NCBI GenBank assembly: GCA_043228905.1
Contig: JBHGNT010000005.1
Coordinates: forward strand, 21,142,001 to 21,206,000
Source: Azolla caroliniana
Lineage: Eukaryota > Plantae > Polypodiophyta
Length of the DNA: 64,000 bases
Direction: 5' to 3'
Shown: positions 1 through 13,147 of the stretch, piece by piece
How the letters are laid out: each line of letters opens with the position of its first letter
How positions within the stretch are numbered: the first letter of the stretch is position 1
Program-made: the position numbers and the translations under genes
The notes under the pieces: model-generated
Databases searched by the model: none
Seen by the model: the letters and a program-made list of their open reading frames with translations, nothing else
Told to the model about the DNA's origin: nothing

Positions 1-98
1 CTCCTGTGTACACCGTGTAAGCTCAAGCTCTCCATTAAACCTGAGTTTCCTCCCTTCTATTCGGTCTTTATACTTGCTTCCGCACGCTATTTTCTACA
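1..98 (+). repeat. Partial 5' LTR of copia A
   Basis: Near-identical to 5232-5329; ends in CA directly before the PBS. Confidence 0.93.
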
Positions 99-110
99 TG
101 GTATCAGAGC
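99..110 (+). promoter_or_regulatory. Primer binding site, tRNA-iMet
   Basis: TGGTATCAGAGC directly after the LTR. Confidence 0.95.
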
Positions 111-170
111 GCGAGAGTTGAGAACCTCTCTGCAATCGACACAGCTTGACGAAGAAGAACAAGTAGAACG

Positions 171-3100
171 ATGGATAGACGCATGGCGAGCTCGCTTCCA
201 ACAAAGAAGCTCGACAGAACCAACTACGCGTCTTGGTCCTACAAGATGCACCAGTACCTACTCGGACACGGCTACTGGAGTTATGTCGAAGGAGCTAATG
301 ACGCAGCACCCGAATCGACACATAGAGACTTCCCGTCGTGGGAGCAATCGGCGAGTAGGGTATTATACTGCTTCGCGTCGTGTGTGGGTGAACAACTATT
401 GAGCTATGTTCGGGATGCAAAGACGCCGAAGGGTGCGTGGGAAAATCTGAAAAAGATTTTCGCCGCGAGCACCACAGCCAGGAAGCTTCAGCTCCGACAG
501 GAGTTGAGCAACCTACGACAACGCGACTTGTTGGTGGCGGACTATACCTCGAAGATCAAGGATATCTGCGACTCCCTCGCCTCCATAGAGGTGAACATCG
601 AGGAGAGCGAGATGGTCCAGATCTGTCTCGGAGGTTTGGCGTCGAAGTTCGGAGCGTTCCGAACGGCTGTGTGTACCCGGGAGAATACGCCTTCCTTTTT
701 CGACTTACAGTCGATGCTCCTCGTAGAGGAGAACCACGCAGGTGCGTCGACGAGCACACACACCGACAGCAGAATGTTGTACACAGAGGGAGATAGGCCC
801 CGTGGACGTGGAGGACGAGGCGAGTCGGGGCGCAATGAAGACGGCCGACGAGATCAAGGAAGAAGGCACCGAAGTGATGCCGATAGCAACTCCGGACCCT
901 CCGGAAACAGGGGGAGTCGAAGCGATGAGAACCGGCAAGGGAAGGCCATCGCGGAGTGCTGGTACTATGGCAAGAAAGGCCACAGGGAAAGCGAGTGTTG
1001 GAAGAAGCGCACCGATTTGGAGAGAACCGGTTCCGGAAACGGCTCCGGACATACCCACAAGGGAAATCTGCAACGATCGCACTACGCCGAAGACTCCGGG
1101 AGAGCCGGAGAAGGGTCTGTCTTCGTGACGAGACACGAAGCAAACTCAATGAAACAAAGCACCTCGAGATTGGACGAGGTGTGGTACGTAGACTCCAGCG
1201 CGTCAAACCACATGACGAGCCATAAGGAGTGGTTCTCGTACCTTGAAAAACCGATGTAACTTGGAGTAGTCGCACCAGGAGACGACACTCCGCATCCGAT
1301 CGCGAATGTCGGAGAAGTTCCCCTTAGCCATGTCGGGCAGAAAGGGAAACTCATGAACGTACTGCACGTCCCGACAATCACGAAGAACTTGGTCTCGGTC
1401 GGACAGATCGTTGACCAAGGGATGGAGGTTTGGTTTACACACCTCAGGTGCTTCATTGAGGAAGAAGGCCGTGTGATTGCGCAAGGGCGCAGAGACGGGA
1501 GGATTTTCATCCTCGATTCCACTGACAGCGGCACCGCAATGTTCGCGAAGGGACAAAAAGCCGAGTCGGACATCGACTTGTGGCACAAGCGGATAGGCCA
1601 CGTCAATCACCAGTGGCTTCAAGATCTGCAATCGAAATAGGTAGTGTTCGGATTGCCCAAATATAGTGGCCGAAAGGCACAAATTTGTGAAGCCTGCTAG
1701 CTCGGGAAGCAACACCGACTTCCTTTCTCGAACGAGCGAAACCGGAGCCGGAACAAGCTCGACCTTATACACTCTGATGTATGGGGGCTGGCACAAAACG
1801 TTAGTCTTGGCGGGAGCCGATATTTCGTCTCCTTCATCGACGACCACACACGGGACACATGGATCTACCTCATTGAGAGGAAGAGCGAAGTCTTTGACTG
1901 CTTTCGGGACCTCAAAGGGTTCGTAGAAACGGCAACGGGACGAAAGATCAAGTGCCGGTCAATTCAACGGTTATCTACAACAAATGGGAATTCGGCGCGA
2001 ATTCCGTTGTAGATACACGCCGGAGCAAAACGGCGTGGCCGAGAGGAATAATCGGTCAGTTGTGGAAGTGGCACGGGCAATGCTGGAGGAGAAGAGCTTG
2101 CCCAAGTTCTACTGGGCGGAGGCGGTAAGGACCGCGGTATACATCCAGAACCGGATTGGAGACAAAGTGTCGGCACACGAGCTATATTTCGGAATGAAGC
2201 CGAACTTGTGACACTTGAGGGTGTTCAGTAGCATTGCGTATGTGCATGTACCAAAGGAGAAAAGGAAGAAGATGGACGCAAAGGCCGAGAAATGCATCTT
2301 GGTCGGTTACTCGGACGAGCAGAAGGGTTATAAGTGCTATAACCCTCGCACCAAACAAGCACGTGTCAGCCGCGACGTTGTGTTTGACGAGTCCGCGTCC
2401 TGGTACCAGCCCTCGACTCCGAACCCCGACTCCAATCCGAGTTCTGACGATGAGGTCAGCGAGGCCGAGATACCTCCGGATGAGCCCGAAGTCGAGCCGA
2501 TTTCACTCCGGTTAAGTGGACTGATTGGACGACTGAGTCGGTACGACCAGTCCGATGAAGAGCTGGCGAGTAGTGGAGACTCGGCCGTGCATTCCCCGCG
2601 TAGGAAGCCGAGGAGATGGCTTACGCGCAAAGAGAAAGGGAAGAAGGTGTCGGATTCCGGCACGGATAGAAACGAGTCAGACCGATGCGAGTCCAACTCC
2701 GAGAGAACCGGTGACAAGTCTTTAAAGATGAAGATCGCGTCGACCGAGAAGGCCTCGACATCGGCTAATGTGAAATTGCGCCGATCTACCCGCCAAAAGA
2801 ACCCAGTTGTGCGGTTCGGATACAACGAGTACATGGTGCATCATTATGCGTACATGACCCGTATAGCGGAAGTGCATGAGCCGGAGAGCTACGCAGAAGC
2901 GGCTAAAGACGCGAATTGGCGTGCCGCGATGGAGGAAGAGATGCACGCATTGGCGGAGAACGAGACCTGGGACCTGGTTGACACACCGAAGGGTGTGAAG
3001 CCGATCGGGTGTAGGTGGGTGTACAAGGTCAAGTACAACATCGATGGCTCCGTTAACCGGTATAAGGCTCGGCTAGTGGCAAAGGGCTACGCGCAGAAAC

Positions 3101-4959
3101 ACGGCATCGACTATGATGAGACGTTCGCGCCGGTCGCGAAAATGATGACTGTTCGTGTTTTATTCGCAGTAGCTGCGGCGAAGGGGTGACACTTACATCA
3201 GATGGATGTAAAGAATGCGTTCCTGCTAGGTGACCTTGAGGAACAGGTGTACATGGTACATCCCCCCGGATTTCAATCTGGAACGAACTCCTCGGCAGTA
3301 TGCCGACTGAAGAAGTCCCTTTACGGACTGAAGCAAGCCCCACGTGCCTGGAACGCGAAGATCACGCAACAACTGTGTCGGATGGGCTTTGTCACGTCAA
3401 AATCGAACTCTTCCCTATTCATCCGGAAAGGTCGACTCGGACCGGTTAGTATTTTACTGTATGTTGATGACTTAGTCATCACCGGCGTCGACCTAGATGA
3501 AATCAACCGCGTCAAGCTTCAGCTTGCGGCATCGTTCGACATGAAGGATCTGGGGGTCCTTCATTACTTCCTCGGGATCGAAGTGATCCGTACCCCCGAA
3601 GGCATATTGATCAGCCAACGTCATTACGTGCTGGGTATGCTCTTCAAACTCGGGATGGCCAACTGTAAGTCCCTCTCGACTCCTCTGGACAGAACCGTCA
3701 AATTTCGTCCCGATACGGGAAAGGTATGCGACCCGACGAGATTCCGACATATTGTCGGAAGCCTCATATACTTGACCATCACCCGACCTGACCTCAGTTA
3801 TCCAGTCGGGGTGATCAGTCAGTTCATGGCGCGACCTACCGAGGAGCACCTTCAGTGTGCGCAACGCGTACTGCGGTACGTAAGCGGCACTAAGGACCGC
3901 AGACTGCTATATGGGACCGGTGCAACCGAGCAGTTAGTCGGCTACACCGATGCTGATTGGGCTGGCAACGCCGCCGATCGCCGATCCATGTCCGGATACG
4001 TGTTCTCCCTCGGGAGTGCCGCGATCGCGTGGAGCAGTAAGAAGCAACCGACAGTTGCACTGTCTAGCACCGAAGCTGAGTACCGAGGAGCGGCTGTCGT
4101 GACATGCGAAGCCATCTGGTTGAAGCGGCTACTTAAGGACCTACAAGAGGAGGTGTCCGATCCAACGACGATCTATTGCGACAACCTCAGCAACATCCAC
4201 CTCGCGAAAAACCCCGTTTTCCACGCACGGACCAAGCACATTCAGGTGCACTACCATTTCGTCCGTGAGCGTGTCCTTTTCGGTGAAGTCGAAAATCAGT
4301 ACGTTCCGACGGATCGGCAGGCCGCCGACATCTTCACCAAGCCTTTTGGTCTGGACAAGTTGCGGCAATTCTCGGGTGCGCTCGGATTGCGTCACCTCGA
4401 TGTGCCAAACTTGAGGGGGAGAACAGTCTTGAATGACCAAGCAAGGCAGCAGGAAAGGAGCGGAGACCGCGAGACCACCGAGTCGGTTGACTCGGTTGTC
4501 GAGTTCGACTTCGGATCGGCTGAATAATCCGAGGGCGGACCCGCGGAAAAGTTAGGAAGAGGACAGAAGGGGAGCAACCGAAGAAGAGAGCCGAAGCCAA
4601 CCACGTATGAGGAAGATAACGCCACCGAGGGCGAGAAGACCGAAGACGAGTTGGAGACAGCCAACTTGAACGAGAGCGAAAACCGATCGGAGGTAGCCGA
4701 GTCGGTTCGGTTGTTTGATTCAGACACGCTGAATCAACCGAGGCCCAAGCGGAAGAAAAGGCAGCAGGAGAAGCGTCAACACCGCAATAGTAGAAGAGCT
4801 TATAAGGGCCACATGAGCAGACAAGCCGACCGGAAGGGTCGAAGCGCGCGGAGTCGAACAGGTCGAGGAGCGCGAGCGAGGCATGAAGCCAGGAGGAACC
4901 GGAGCTGTGAGCCCGAGGATCCCGAAGAGCCTCGAGTTGAGCTTGAGGGGGAGTGTTGA
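171..4959 (+). pseudogene. gag-pol: copia A gag-pol polyprotein, disrupted by stops and a small deletion
   Basis: Gag (NYASWSYKM, CWYYGKKGH zinc-knuckle remnant), protease WYVDSSASNH, GAG-pre-integrase LWHKRIGH, integrase TPEQNGVAER, RT LLYVDD, RNase H YTDADW/ADIFTK; in-frame stops at e.g. 1257, 1638, 2209, 3187, 4525. Confidence 0.93.
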
Positions 4960-5329
4960 GAGACAAGCTCAACATCGGCTGGATCGGCTGAAGAAGCCGA
5001 GGACCGGATCGGTTGGGACCGATCGGTTAGGCCGAGTGCGTAAACCGGGAGGCCATTAGGAATATATTTGGGAGTTAGTGTAGGAGCTCTTGATGAGCAT
5101 TGAAGTACTGTCAGTACTTCAGTCAGTCCTTCTAGGACTTGTATAAAAGTGTTCACTGAAGCACGTCTTATGTACAGATTGAGTATTATTGTTGAATATA
5201 GTTTTTTGTGTGTGTCTCTCTCTCTCTGTCTCTCCTGTGTACACCGTGTAAGCTCAAGCTCTCCATTAAACCTGAGTTTCCTCCCTTCTGTTCGGTCTTT
5301 ATACTTGCTTCCGCACGCTATTTTCTACA
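4954..5329 (+). repeat. 3' LTR of copia A (376 bp)
   Basis: Preceded by PPT GAGGGGGAG; TG...CA termini; TATAAAA inside. Confidence 0.93.
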
Positions 5330-5456
5330 GTATGCATCCATGTGAATAGTACTGTGTGAGAATAGTGACAAACATAATTAGTATGCATGCACTAACACAA
5401 GAATTACTTCCTTACACATTAATTGATAAGTTCTAAACATATGGATTAAAAATTAC

Positions 5457-7104
5457 CTGGCAATAAAGTAGAACGATCGTGCCGCCTTAAACTGCGAGGC
5501 AGCACCATCAAACCAAACCCGATGATGGTTACAGGTTAACCCTAGAGACAATAAATCTGCATGGTGAAGCTTAAAACAATGTTGAACAAATAGTGTATGA
5601 TGCTTTTTATGATCTGAAATGTAAAATATTGATTTCTTATGTAACTCACCGTCTTGCCTCCAATAGCAAATATGTACAAGTATTGTACATTGATCATTGT
5701 ACCAATGCATTGATTGAACCTCATTTTGAACTTTAAATGTATAGTTTTCTGCAAAGTCAATAACGGATACGATGACACCTGTTGGTAAGTTATTAATACA
5801 TTCCTTGAACTGTGAATTTTGCCAATAACTCCGGAAGTTATGTGGAATGAACTCCCCAAGTTGTTTCTTAAATTTTGAGACAAGGGTAGCAGCACATGAC
5901 GCCTTATATACTTCCTTGATACGATTAGTTACAACTCCCTTGCCAATATTTTCAGTCACATACCCTAAATATTTCCATTTCACGATATGACTGTTTCCCA
6001 AATCAAGCTCCTGCCTACAAAATAATGGTAGCAGACAAACCTTACATGTTCTTAATAGACATGTACGACGATGCCACTCACATGATGGTTCTTTTTCACA
6101 AACACAAGACCTCCATAACTGAGAAACGGATGCATAAGTCATGTTTCGTGCATTACACCTATTATCCTCCCCATTTGGTCTACAAACCTCACAATTGCAT
6201 ACACATAATTCCCCGTGCATACCCTTAGAATCAGTACGCATTGCATTCACTCCTAGCCTTAACATGTCCATCTTCACGTGGTACACACAACAACATGTAT
6301 TCCTCTCATTTAATTTTCTAACATAAAATGGTTTCAAACCTTGGAACTTGCAGAATCCAACAGTCAAGCTTGGATGTTGGTCTTTAAAGTTCATGTACAA
6401 TTCAGTCTACATCAACCAATATATATAGCAAACATTAATATACACTTGATCAAAACACAAATTTATGGAATGTGAATTGATATAAAAAAATGGAATACCT
6501 CTGTCATCTCCAAGACGTGTCTAGGGTGAATCTGGTACTTACCCTGACTTATTCGTTGTCTACACACGTCCTTCTTATTTGGTGAGACACGCGTATTTTT
6601 GGCCCAAAATGAATCCACTTTCTCAATAATCTCTTGAGATAAGGCATCGCATCGTCGTCTACGTCCCAACCCTAACCACTTGAATTGGCTTGAGTGTATA
6701 TTTCGGCGATGTTTCCTCAAGTTCCTTCTTTGAATACCCAAGGCTAAGGCAACTTTAGTATCACTATATTTTTTTTCTCTCGCACCGTTCATAACCATGT
6801 GTAGGGCTGCCCTCTTTGAAGCAAGTTTGTCTATGCACTCTACACCTTTCACTAAGTCTAGGGATGACTTCATAGACTCTACAATCTCTTCTGAAACACA
6901 TTGGTCCCTAAATTTTATTCTCTCCATGTCTTCATTGAAACGTTGATGGTGTAACACTCTACATATAATATCCCTACGATCCTCTTCACTAAATCTCTTC
7001 ATTATTTCTACCAAATAACGGACTATGTGAAAAACCACTCGTCTCTTGGTCCTTTCAGATATACATGAGTTACTTGACAACTCACTCTCATTGGGGACCC
7101 CCAT
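5457..7104 (-). CDS. Sola2-like DDD transposase, exons ~7104-6499 and 6406-5457 (continues after an intron containing copia A)
   Basis: Motifs RVSPNKKD, CCCVYH, VIDFAENY, VQSMHW, WFDGAASQFK; GT-AG intron 6498-6407 joins frames (MTE|TELY); further GT donor at 5456; start codon uncertain. Confidence 0.78.
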
Positions 7105-7336
7105 TTGGTCACTAGATTTATCCAAAAAAATTAAGTGTCCGGTGAGAGTAGTTAATGTTATATAGACTACACTAAGAAAACACAATCAAATGTTTTTAAA
7201 TGTGGCCTGCAAAGTGAGAAATAATTTGTTTCGAACATTAGAATTACGGATCAAATATGACAATTGTAAAATCTAAAAATTTAGTACTGAAAATGAAGAA
7301 ATGAAAAATTTTAGTCCTGAAAATAAAAAAATGGAT

Positions 7337-7966
7337 GGAAGGAACCTTCAATGGTGGCGGGAGCGTTGATTCTGTGTGATATGCCGCTTCGATTTGCTGG
7401 AAGGAACCTCAAATGGTGGAGGGAGTGTTGAATCTGTGTGCTATGCCGCCTCGATTTGGTGGAAGGAACCTCCAATGGTGGAGGGAGTGTTAAATCTATG
7501 TGATATGCCGCCTTGATTTAGTGGAAGGAACCTCCAATGGTGGAGGGTGCCTTGAATCTTTGTGATATGCCGCCTTGATTTAGTGGAAGGAACCTCCAAT
7601 GGTGGAGGGGGCCTTGAATCTTTGTGATATGCCGCCTTGATTTAGAGGAAGGAACCTCCAATGGTGGATGGTGCCTTGAATCTTTGTGATATATCGCCTG
7701 GATTCAGTGGAAGGAACCTCCAATGGTGGAGGGAGTGTTAAATCTATGTGATATGCCGCCTTGATTTAGTGGAAGGAACCTCCAATGGTGGAGGGTGCCT
7801 TGAATCTTTGTGATATGCCGCCTTGATTTAGTAGAAGGAACCTCCAATGGTGGAGGGGGCCTTGAATCTTTGTGATATGCCGCCTTGATTTAGAGGAAGG
7901 AACCTCCAATGGTGGATGGTGCCTTGAATCTTTGTGATATATCGCTTGGATTCAGTGGAAGGATCC
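7337..7966. repeat. 62-bp tandem repeat, ~10 units, upstream of the transposase
   Basis: Units start GGAAGGAACC at 7337, 7399, 7461, 7523 ... 7957. Confidence 0.95.
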
Positions 7967-8439
7967 TCGCCTCGATGGAAAAAGCCCCAAATCACCACGA
8001 CATAAACTGCAATCGGTGGAAGTAAGAAAGTCGTTGTCGAAGAAGTCCCTATTGGCTGTTATAGGACGCCTCAGAACAATCTCTATTCCTCAACCTAAAC
8101 CCTAACAAAACTCTTAGATTGGAGGAAAAACAGAAACGTGATATGGATGTCTAAGATGAAGAGCTCAGAGGGATAAAGGAAGAGGAGTATGAGGGGAAGC
8201 ACCAAAATTGACGTGAGGGGAAAATAGCTCCCAAAATGGAAAGAACATCTCCCCACGTGTTCCCCCCATTCCTTGTAGTAAATGACACTTGTACTACAGT
8301 CACCCAACTCTCCAAAATCAATTTTTTTTTTCTCTAATTTTTTTTTCTAAATTATTCAGGACTAATAGTATTGAAAGTACTGACAATTTTTGTGGCAAAA
8401 AACAGTACTTTTCTAGTACACTGTAGCGTGCTTCCACCC

Positions 8440-11104
8440 ACCATGAAGCGGATTCGTCGAACACGACCTCTCGACTTATGTGTACTTCCTTTGTTCGGGG
8501 GTTATAACATTTATACCCCTTCTGCTCGTCTGGATAGCAAACTAAGATGCACTTTTCGGCTCTGGCATCCAACTTCCTCCTCTTTTCCTTCGACACATGC
8601 ACATATGCAATGCTGCCGAAGATCCTCAAGTGTGCCAAGTTCGGCTTCTTCCCGAAATATAGCTCATGTGGCGATACTCCTCCATTAGTAGAAGTCTGAT
8701 TCTGTAGGTAGACAACCGTCTTCACGGCTTCAACCCAATAGAATTTCAGCATATGCTTCTCTTTAGGCATTGCCCTGGCCGCTTCTTCAATCGTCCAATT
8801 CTTCTACTCAGCTACGCCATTTTGCTCCGGTGTATATCTACATGAGAATTCACGTCGAATTCCCTCCTTCCGTAGATAACATGTGAACTGGTCGGAGAAG
8901 TACTCCTTTCCGCCATCGGTCCGTAGGCATTTGATCTTACGACTCGTTTCCCTTTCCGCAAGGCTCTTCACCTTTAGGAAACATCCGAAGACTTCGCTCT
9001 TCTTCGCGATCATGCATACCCACATGTCGCGAGTGAAGTCGTCGATGAAGCTTACAAAGTAACGACTTCCACTGAGACTCACGTTATGTGCCAGACCCCA
9101 CACATCCAAATGGATCAAATTCAGCGGACTTCAACTACGATTACGCTCATTGGGAAAATGAAAGTAGGTGTTGTTTTCCCATCTGACAGGCTTTGCAAAC
9201 TTGGGCATTACGGCCCCGACATTTCACGAAGCTGTGGGAAATTTACGTGGCCGAACCACTTGTGCCACAGGTTGATATCCGATTCGACCTTTGTCCCTTT
9301 CGCATACAACGCGGTTCCGGCTTGATTAGTGTCAAGGATAAACATCCTCCCTTCACAACGATATGACCGACCGACACCAGGTTCTTGGATATTGTCGGGA
9401 CGTGCAACATGTTCATTAGCTTCCCTTTCTACCCGATGTGGCTGAGGGGAACATCGCCGACATGTTCGATGGTATGAGGAGTGTCGTCTCCCGTTTCGAC
9501 CACTCCTTTCTTTTCTGGCTTCTCCAAGTACGAGAACCATTCCTCGTGACTCGTCATATGATTGGACGTTCTAGAATCGACATACCACGCTTCGCTTGAT
9601 TTTGAGGTGTTCACGGCCATTGAGTTGGCCTTATGCCTCATTACGAAGGCAAGGCACATTCCATTTCCGGCTCGTTCCGAGCCTTCCGCGTAGTGCAATT
9701 TCTGACGCCTTCCTGCGTCTCTTCTACTCGATCCAGCTTTGTCTGAATCGGCTTGTTTCCTCCAACACTCGCTCTCCTTGTGGCCTTTCATGCCACAGTA
9801 CCAGCATTCTGATGCGGCCTTCTCTTGCCGTCTTCCGGCGCCACCATGACTCCCCCTGCTTCCAAAGGGTTCGGAATTGCTTCCGGCATCTCGATTATGC
9901 CGTCCATTCTTCTCTTTTCGGCTGTCTCCATTGCGCACCGATCCGCCTCGTTCACCACGACTACAGGGCCTATCATCCTCCGTGCAGATCATCTTGCCAT
10001 CAGTGTGCGCACTCGTCGATGCACCCGTGTGGTTTTCTTCTACGAGCAAGATTGACTGAAGCTTGAAAAACAAAGGCATATTCTCCCTCATGCAGACTGT
10101 CGTTCGGAAGGCTCCGAACTTAGACGCTAACCCACCAAGACAAACCTGCACCATCTCGTCCTCCTCGACGTTCACGTTGACAGAGGCGAGTGAGTCGCAG
10201 ATTTCTTTGATCTTGGTGGTGTAGTCAGCCACCGACATATCTCGTTGTCGTACATTGCTCAACTCTTGCCTGAGTTGAAGCTTCCTGGCTATAGTGCTCG
10301 TGGCGAAGAGCTTTTTGAGATTCTCCCACGCGTCCTTTGGCCTCTTAGCATCCCGAATATAGCTCAATAGATGGTCGCTCACAAAGGATGCAAAGCAATA
10401 GAGAACTCTGCTTGCCGCTTGTTCCCAAGCCGAAAAATCTCTGTGTGTCGAATCGGGTGCTACATCATTAGCTCCTTCGACATAACTCCAGTAGCCTTGA
10501 CAGAGCAGGTACTAGTGCATCTTTTTACGACCAAGATGCGTAGTTGCTCATGTCGAGCTTTTGAGTCGGTAGTGAGCTTCCCATACCTCTATCCATATCT
10601 GATGTCTTTTCCTTTTCCGAAAAAAATGAAGAACAACTTCAACTCTGTTTTCTCGCAAACTTTTCATGTTGGCTGCAAAGGACTTCAACCCTCGCGCTCT
10701 GATACATGTAAAAGTTGTGCGAAAGCGTGTGCGTAAACGTAGAGTAATTCAGTAAACACAAAAAACATAGAGATGGAGATGAAGAGGGAGAGACAGAGAG
10801 AGAGAGACACTATAGATCAAATTCAAAATAATTCTTTGTTCTGTACATACTTCGTGCTCAGTGAGCACCTTATATACAAGCCCTGACAATTGGGCTGACA
10901 CAAGTACTACAGTACTTGAATGCTCATAAATGAGCCGACTACACAAACTCCCAAAAATTATTCCTTTACGAGGAATAACGCTCTAACAGCCTCTTCGGTT
11001 TTCACACCGATGCGGCCCTGTTGTGTGTACTTTTCCACACACCCAGTCTACGCACTGGGTTACGCTGCGTACTTCGCACCGAATGTTGAGCTTGTCTCTC
11101 AACA
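8440..11104 (-). mobile_element. Ty1/copia element 'B' (same family as A), 5' part: LTR, gag, PR, INT; degenerate
   Basis: Gag ORF 10382-9429 and integrase ORFs 9118-8804 and 8770-8440 are highly similar to copia A; degenerate PBS TGTATCAGAGC at 10706-10696. Confidence 0.92.
10707..11104 (-). repeat. 5' LTR of copia B (398 bp)
   Basis: Begins TGTTGAGAGACAAGCTCAACA like the copia A LTR; ends TACA next to the PBS. Confidence 0.9.
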
Positions 11105-11305
11105 ATATGTAATAATAATAATAATATATAAAAAGAGAGGGAAAGAGAATAGGGTTATAGAACAAAATTTAAATAAAAAAAAAAGACGGTACAATACTAA
11201 TTGTAAAAAAAACTCATCAACCTAAAAGATATGGACATGATCGACACACAACTCACAAAACAAAGAAGAGCACACATACATACAACATTTTTTTGACGAC
11301 CCAAA

Positions 11306-11528
11306 TGATGTTCCCGAAGTTCGTGAAACGACAAAATGGAAATGTTCGTGTCAATGAAGATTCGCTGACCGAAGGAGATGTTCTAGTCAAGCGCTCTGAT
11401 CGAGGGAGTCGATCGTTGATGTTACCGAAGTTCGTAAGTCGACAAAACGAGAATGTTGGTGTCGCGGAAGATTCGTTGACCGACGGAGATGTTCGAGTCA
11501 AGCGATCCAATCGAGGGAGTCGATCGTT
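11306..11528. repeat. Two diverged 111-bp tandem copies, unassigned
   Basis: TGATGTT.CCGAAGTTCGT...CGAGGGAGTCGATCGT occurs twice; 37-aa repeat in overlapping ORFs. Confidence 0.8.
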
Positions 11529-12230
11529 GAGAGAACCGATGGAAATTCCAGTCGAAGAAAGATTATGATCAAGGCATGTGGGATCGACGTGCAAGGCACT
11601 CTCCCACGGGCGTGCCATATTGCGTTACCGTACGAGATGTACGGGTGATTGATAAGTGAGGGTGAACGATGTAATGTATGTATAATCTTATTTGATTATG
11701 AGTGTGAATGTAAGTGTGAGTGTGCTGGATACAAAGAGGTGTGAGTGAGTGACTAGGTGTGAATGCCCAAGGGGCTTGCACCCTTGTGGATCTACCCCTT
11801 TGTACCTATTTAACCCCTTATGGGGAATGAATGAAGACAATAACCATTTCTCTCTCTCTCTCTTCCCTAACGTTGAAGCCCCTTGGGAGGGGGGTGGAGG
11901 CATTCTAGGCACCACCCCCACCCCTCAATGCTTGTCTTGTTCTCATGTTCTCTCTCACCATCATACCATTCATCATTTTCACCATTATACTATGACTATC
12001 ATCATTATCAATCTACCATCATTGCTAGCCCTATTCCTATCTTTATCATTATCATACCCTAACCCTAAAAACGTACAACAGTTTACAGTGTGTGGGCATA
12101 TACGTGTATTTACCCTCCATCCCATTCTCCGTGTTTTGATTCTAAACAACATGATCTGAGACTCGGCTATGGTCGAGTAATATTCCGCATATTTCATGAC
12201 AAAGTGGTATCAGAGCGAACAACACAGAAA

Positions 12231-13147
12231 ATGGAAGAATCGTTCGGCGGCATGTTCAAGCTCACTGGCTCCAACTACTCAGTGTGGAAGTCGAAGATGA
12301 GGGACATGCTTGTGGTCAAAGATCTTTGGTTGCCAGTTCAGTTCGGGGACAAGAGACTAGACAAGATCGACGCCACAGTGTGGCAGGTGATGCACATGAA
12401 GACGACAACATACATCTGGTGCTTAATCAACATGAGCCTGTACAACAACTTCAATGAGGAGAGTATGGCTCATGAGCTCTGGGAGAAGATCAACATCATG
12501 TTCTAGAACAAGAATGCCGTTAATCAGGTTTCAGTATTCTGGAAGGTAGTGAGGCTTCGGTACCAAGACGGCTCCAGTATGGCAGAGCACATGAATGCCT
12601 TCCAGGGGCTGATTCACCAGGAAACATCATTGGAAGTACCTCTCGCCGATGAGGTACTAGCATTGCTCCTGCTCGGTTCCCTCCTAGATAGTTGGCAGAC
12701 GTTAGTTGTCACTTTGGGCAACGCCGGGCTGGAAAGAAAACAATTATCCCTAGCAAGAGTCAAGTCAAGCCTGCTAGATGAGGAGGCGCGTCGAAAAGAC
12801 AAGGATATGAGGTCTGACTACAAAGTGCTGCTTACCGAATCGGAACGCAGAAGACAAAGGAACCCAAGTCCCCAGAACCGGGAAAAGTTGGGGACACGGT
12901 CAAAGTCAAGGGGAAGACCCACCTGCTTCTACTGTGGGAAGCTGGGGCACTTCCAGAAGAACTGTCGGCATTTCCGGAAAGACAAGGAAACCGACAATAC
13001 CGATTCGAAGAGGTCACCGAACAGGACCGGACCGAAAGAGAATGATGGCAATCGCGGCAAGTGAAGAGGGGTTGATGCTCATCACCTAGGAGAGTGAGTT
13101 GAACCTTGCCGGCGACAAGACAACATGGGTTGTCGATTCTAGAGCAT
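12231..13147 (+). pseudogene. gag: copia C gag and start of protease
   Basis: MFKLTGSNYSVWK, CFYCGKLGHFQKNC zinc knuckle, WVVDS; in-frame stops. Confidence 0.9.

Larger units (their letters stand above)
1..5329 (+). mobile_element. Ty1/copia LTR retrotransposon 'A' (5' LTR cut by window edge), inserted in an intron of Sola2-like element 1
   Basis: 5' LTR tail 1-98 matches the end of the 3' LTR (1 mismatch seen); PBS TGGTATCAGAGC 99-110; domain order gag-PR-INT-RT-RH; PPT then TG at 4954; ends TACA at 5329. Confidence 0.95.
5330..8439 (-). mobile_element. Sola2-like DNA transposon 1, right part only (remainder lies beyond copia A, outside the window); inserted into copia B integrase region
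   Basis: Terminus reads GGGTGGAAGCACGC on the minus strand (12/14 identical to the right TIR of element 37846-48990); copia B reading frame FDESASW breaks exactly at 8440; transposase homologous to 44190-47733. Confidence 0.8.

Noticed and set aside
437-1847. Numerous overlapping and antisense ORFs (also throughout 13200-19800 and 60000-64000)
   Set aside because: Shadows of GC-rich gag/pol frames or LTRs with no recognisable domain
7337-7966. CRISPR-like regular repeat
   Set aside because: Whole 62-bp units repeat with no unique spacers; eukaryotic TE context; no cas genes
12056-12070. CCCTAACCCTAAA as an interstitial telomere
   Set aside because: Only two imperfect units; common telobox-like sequence in LTR/promoter DNA
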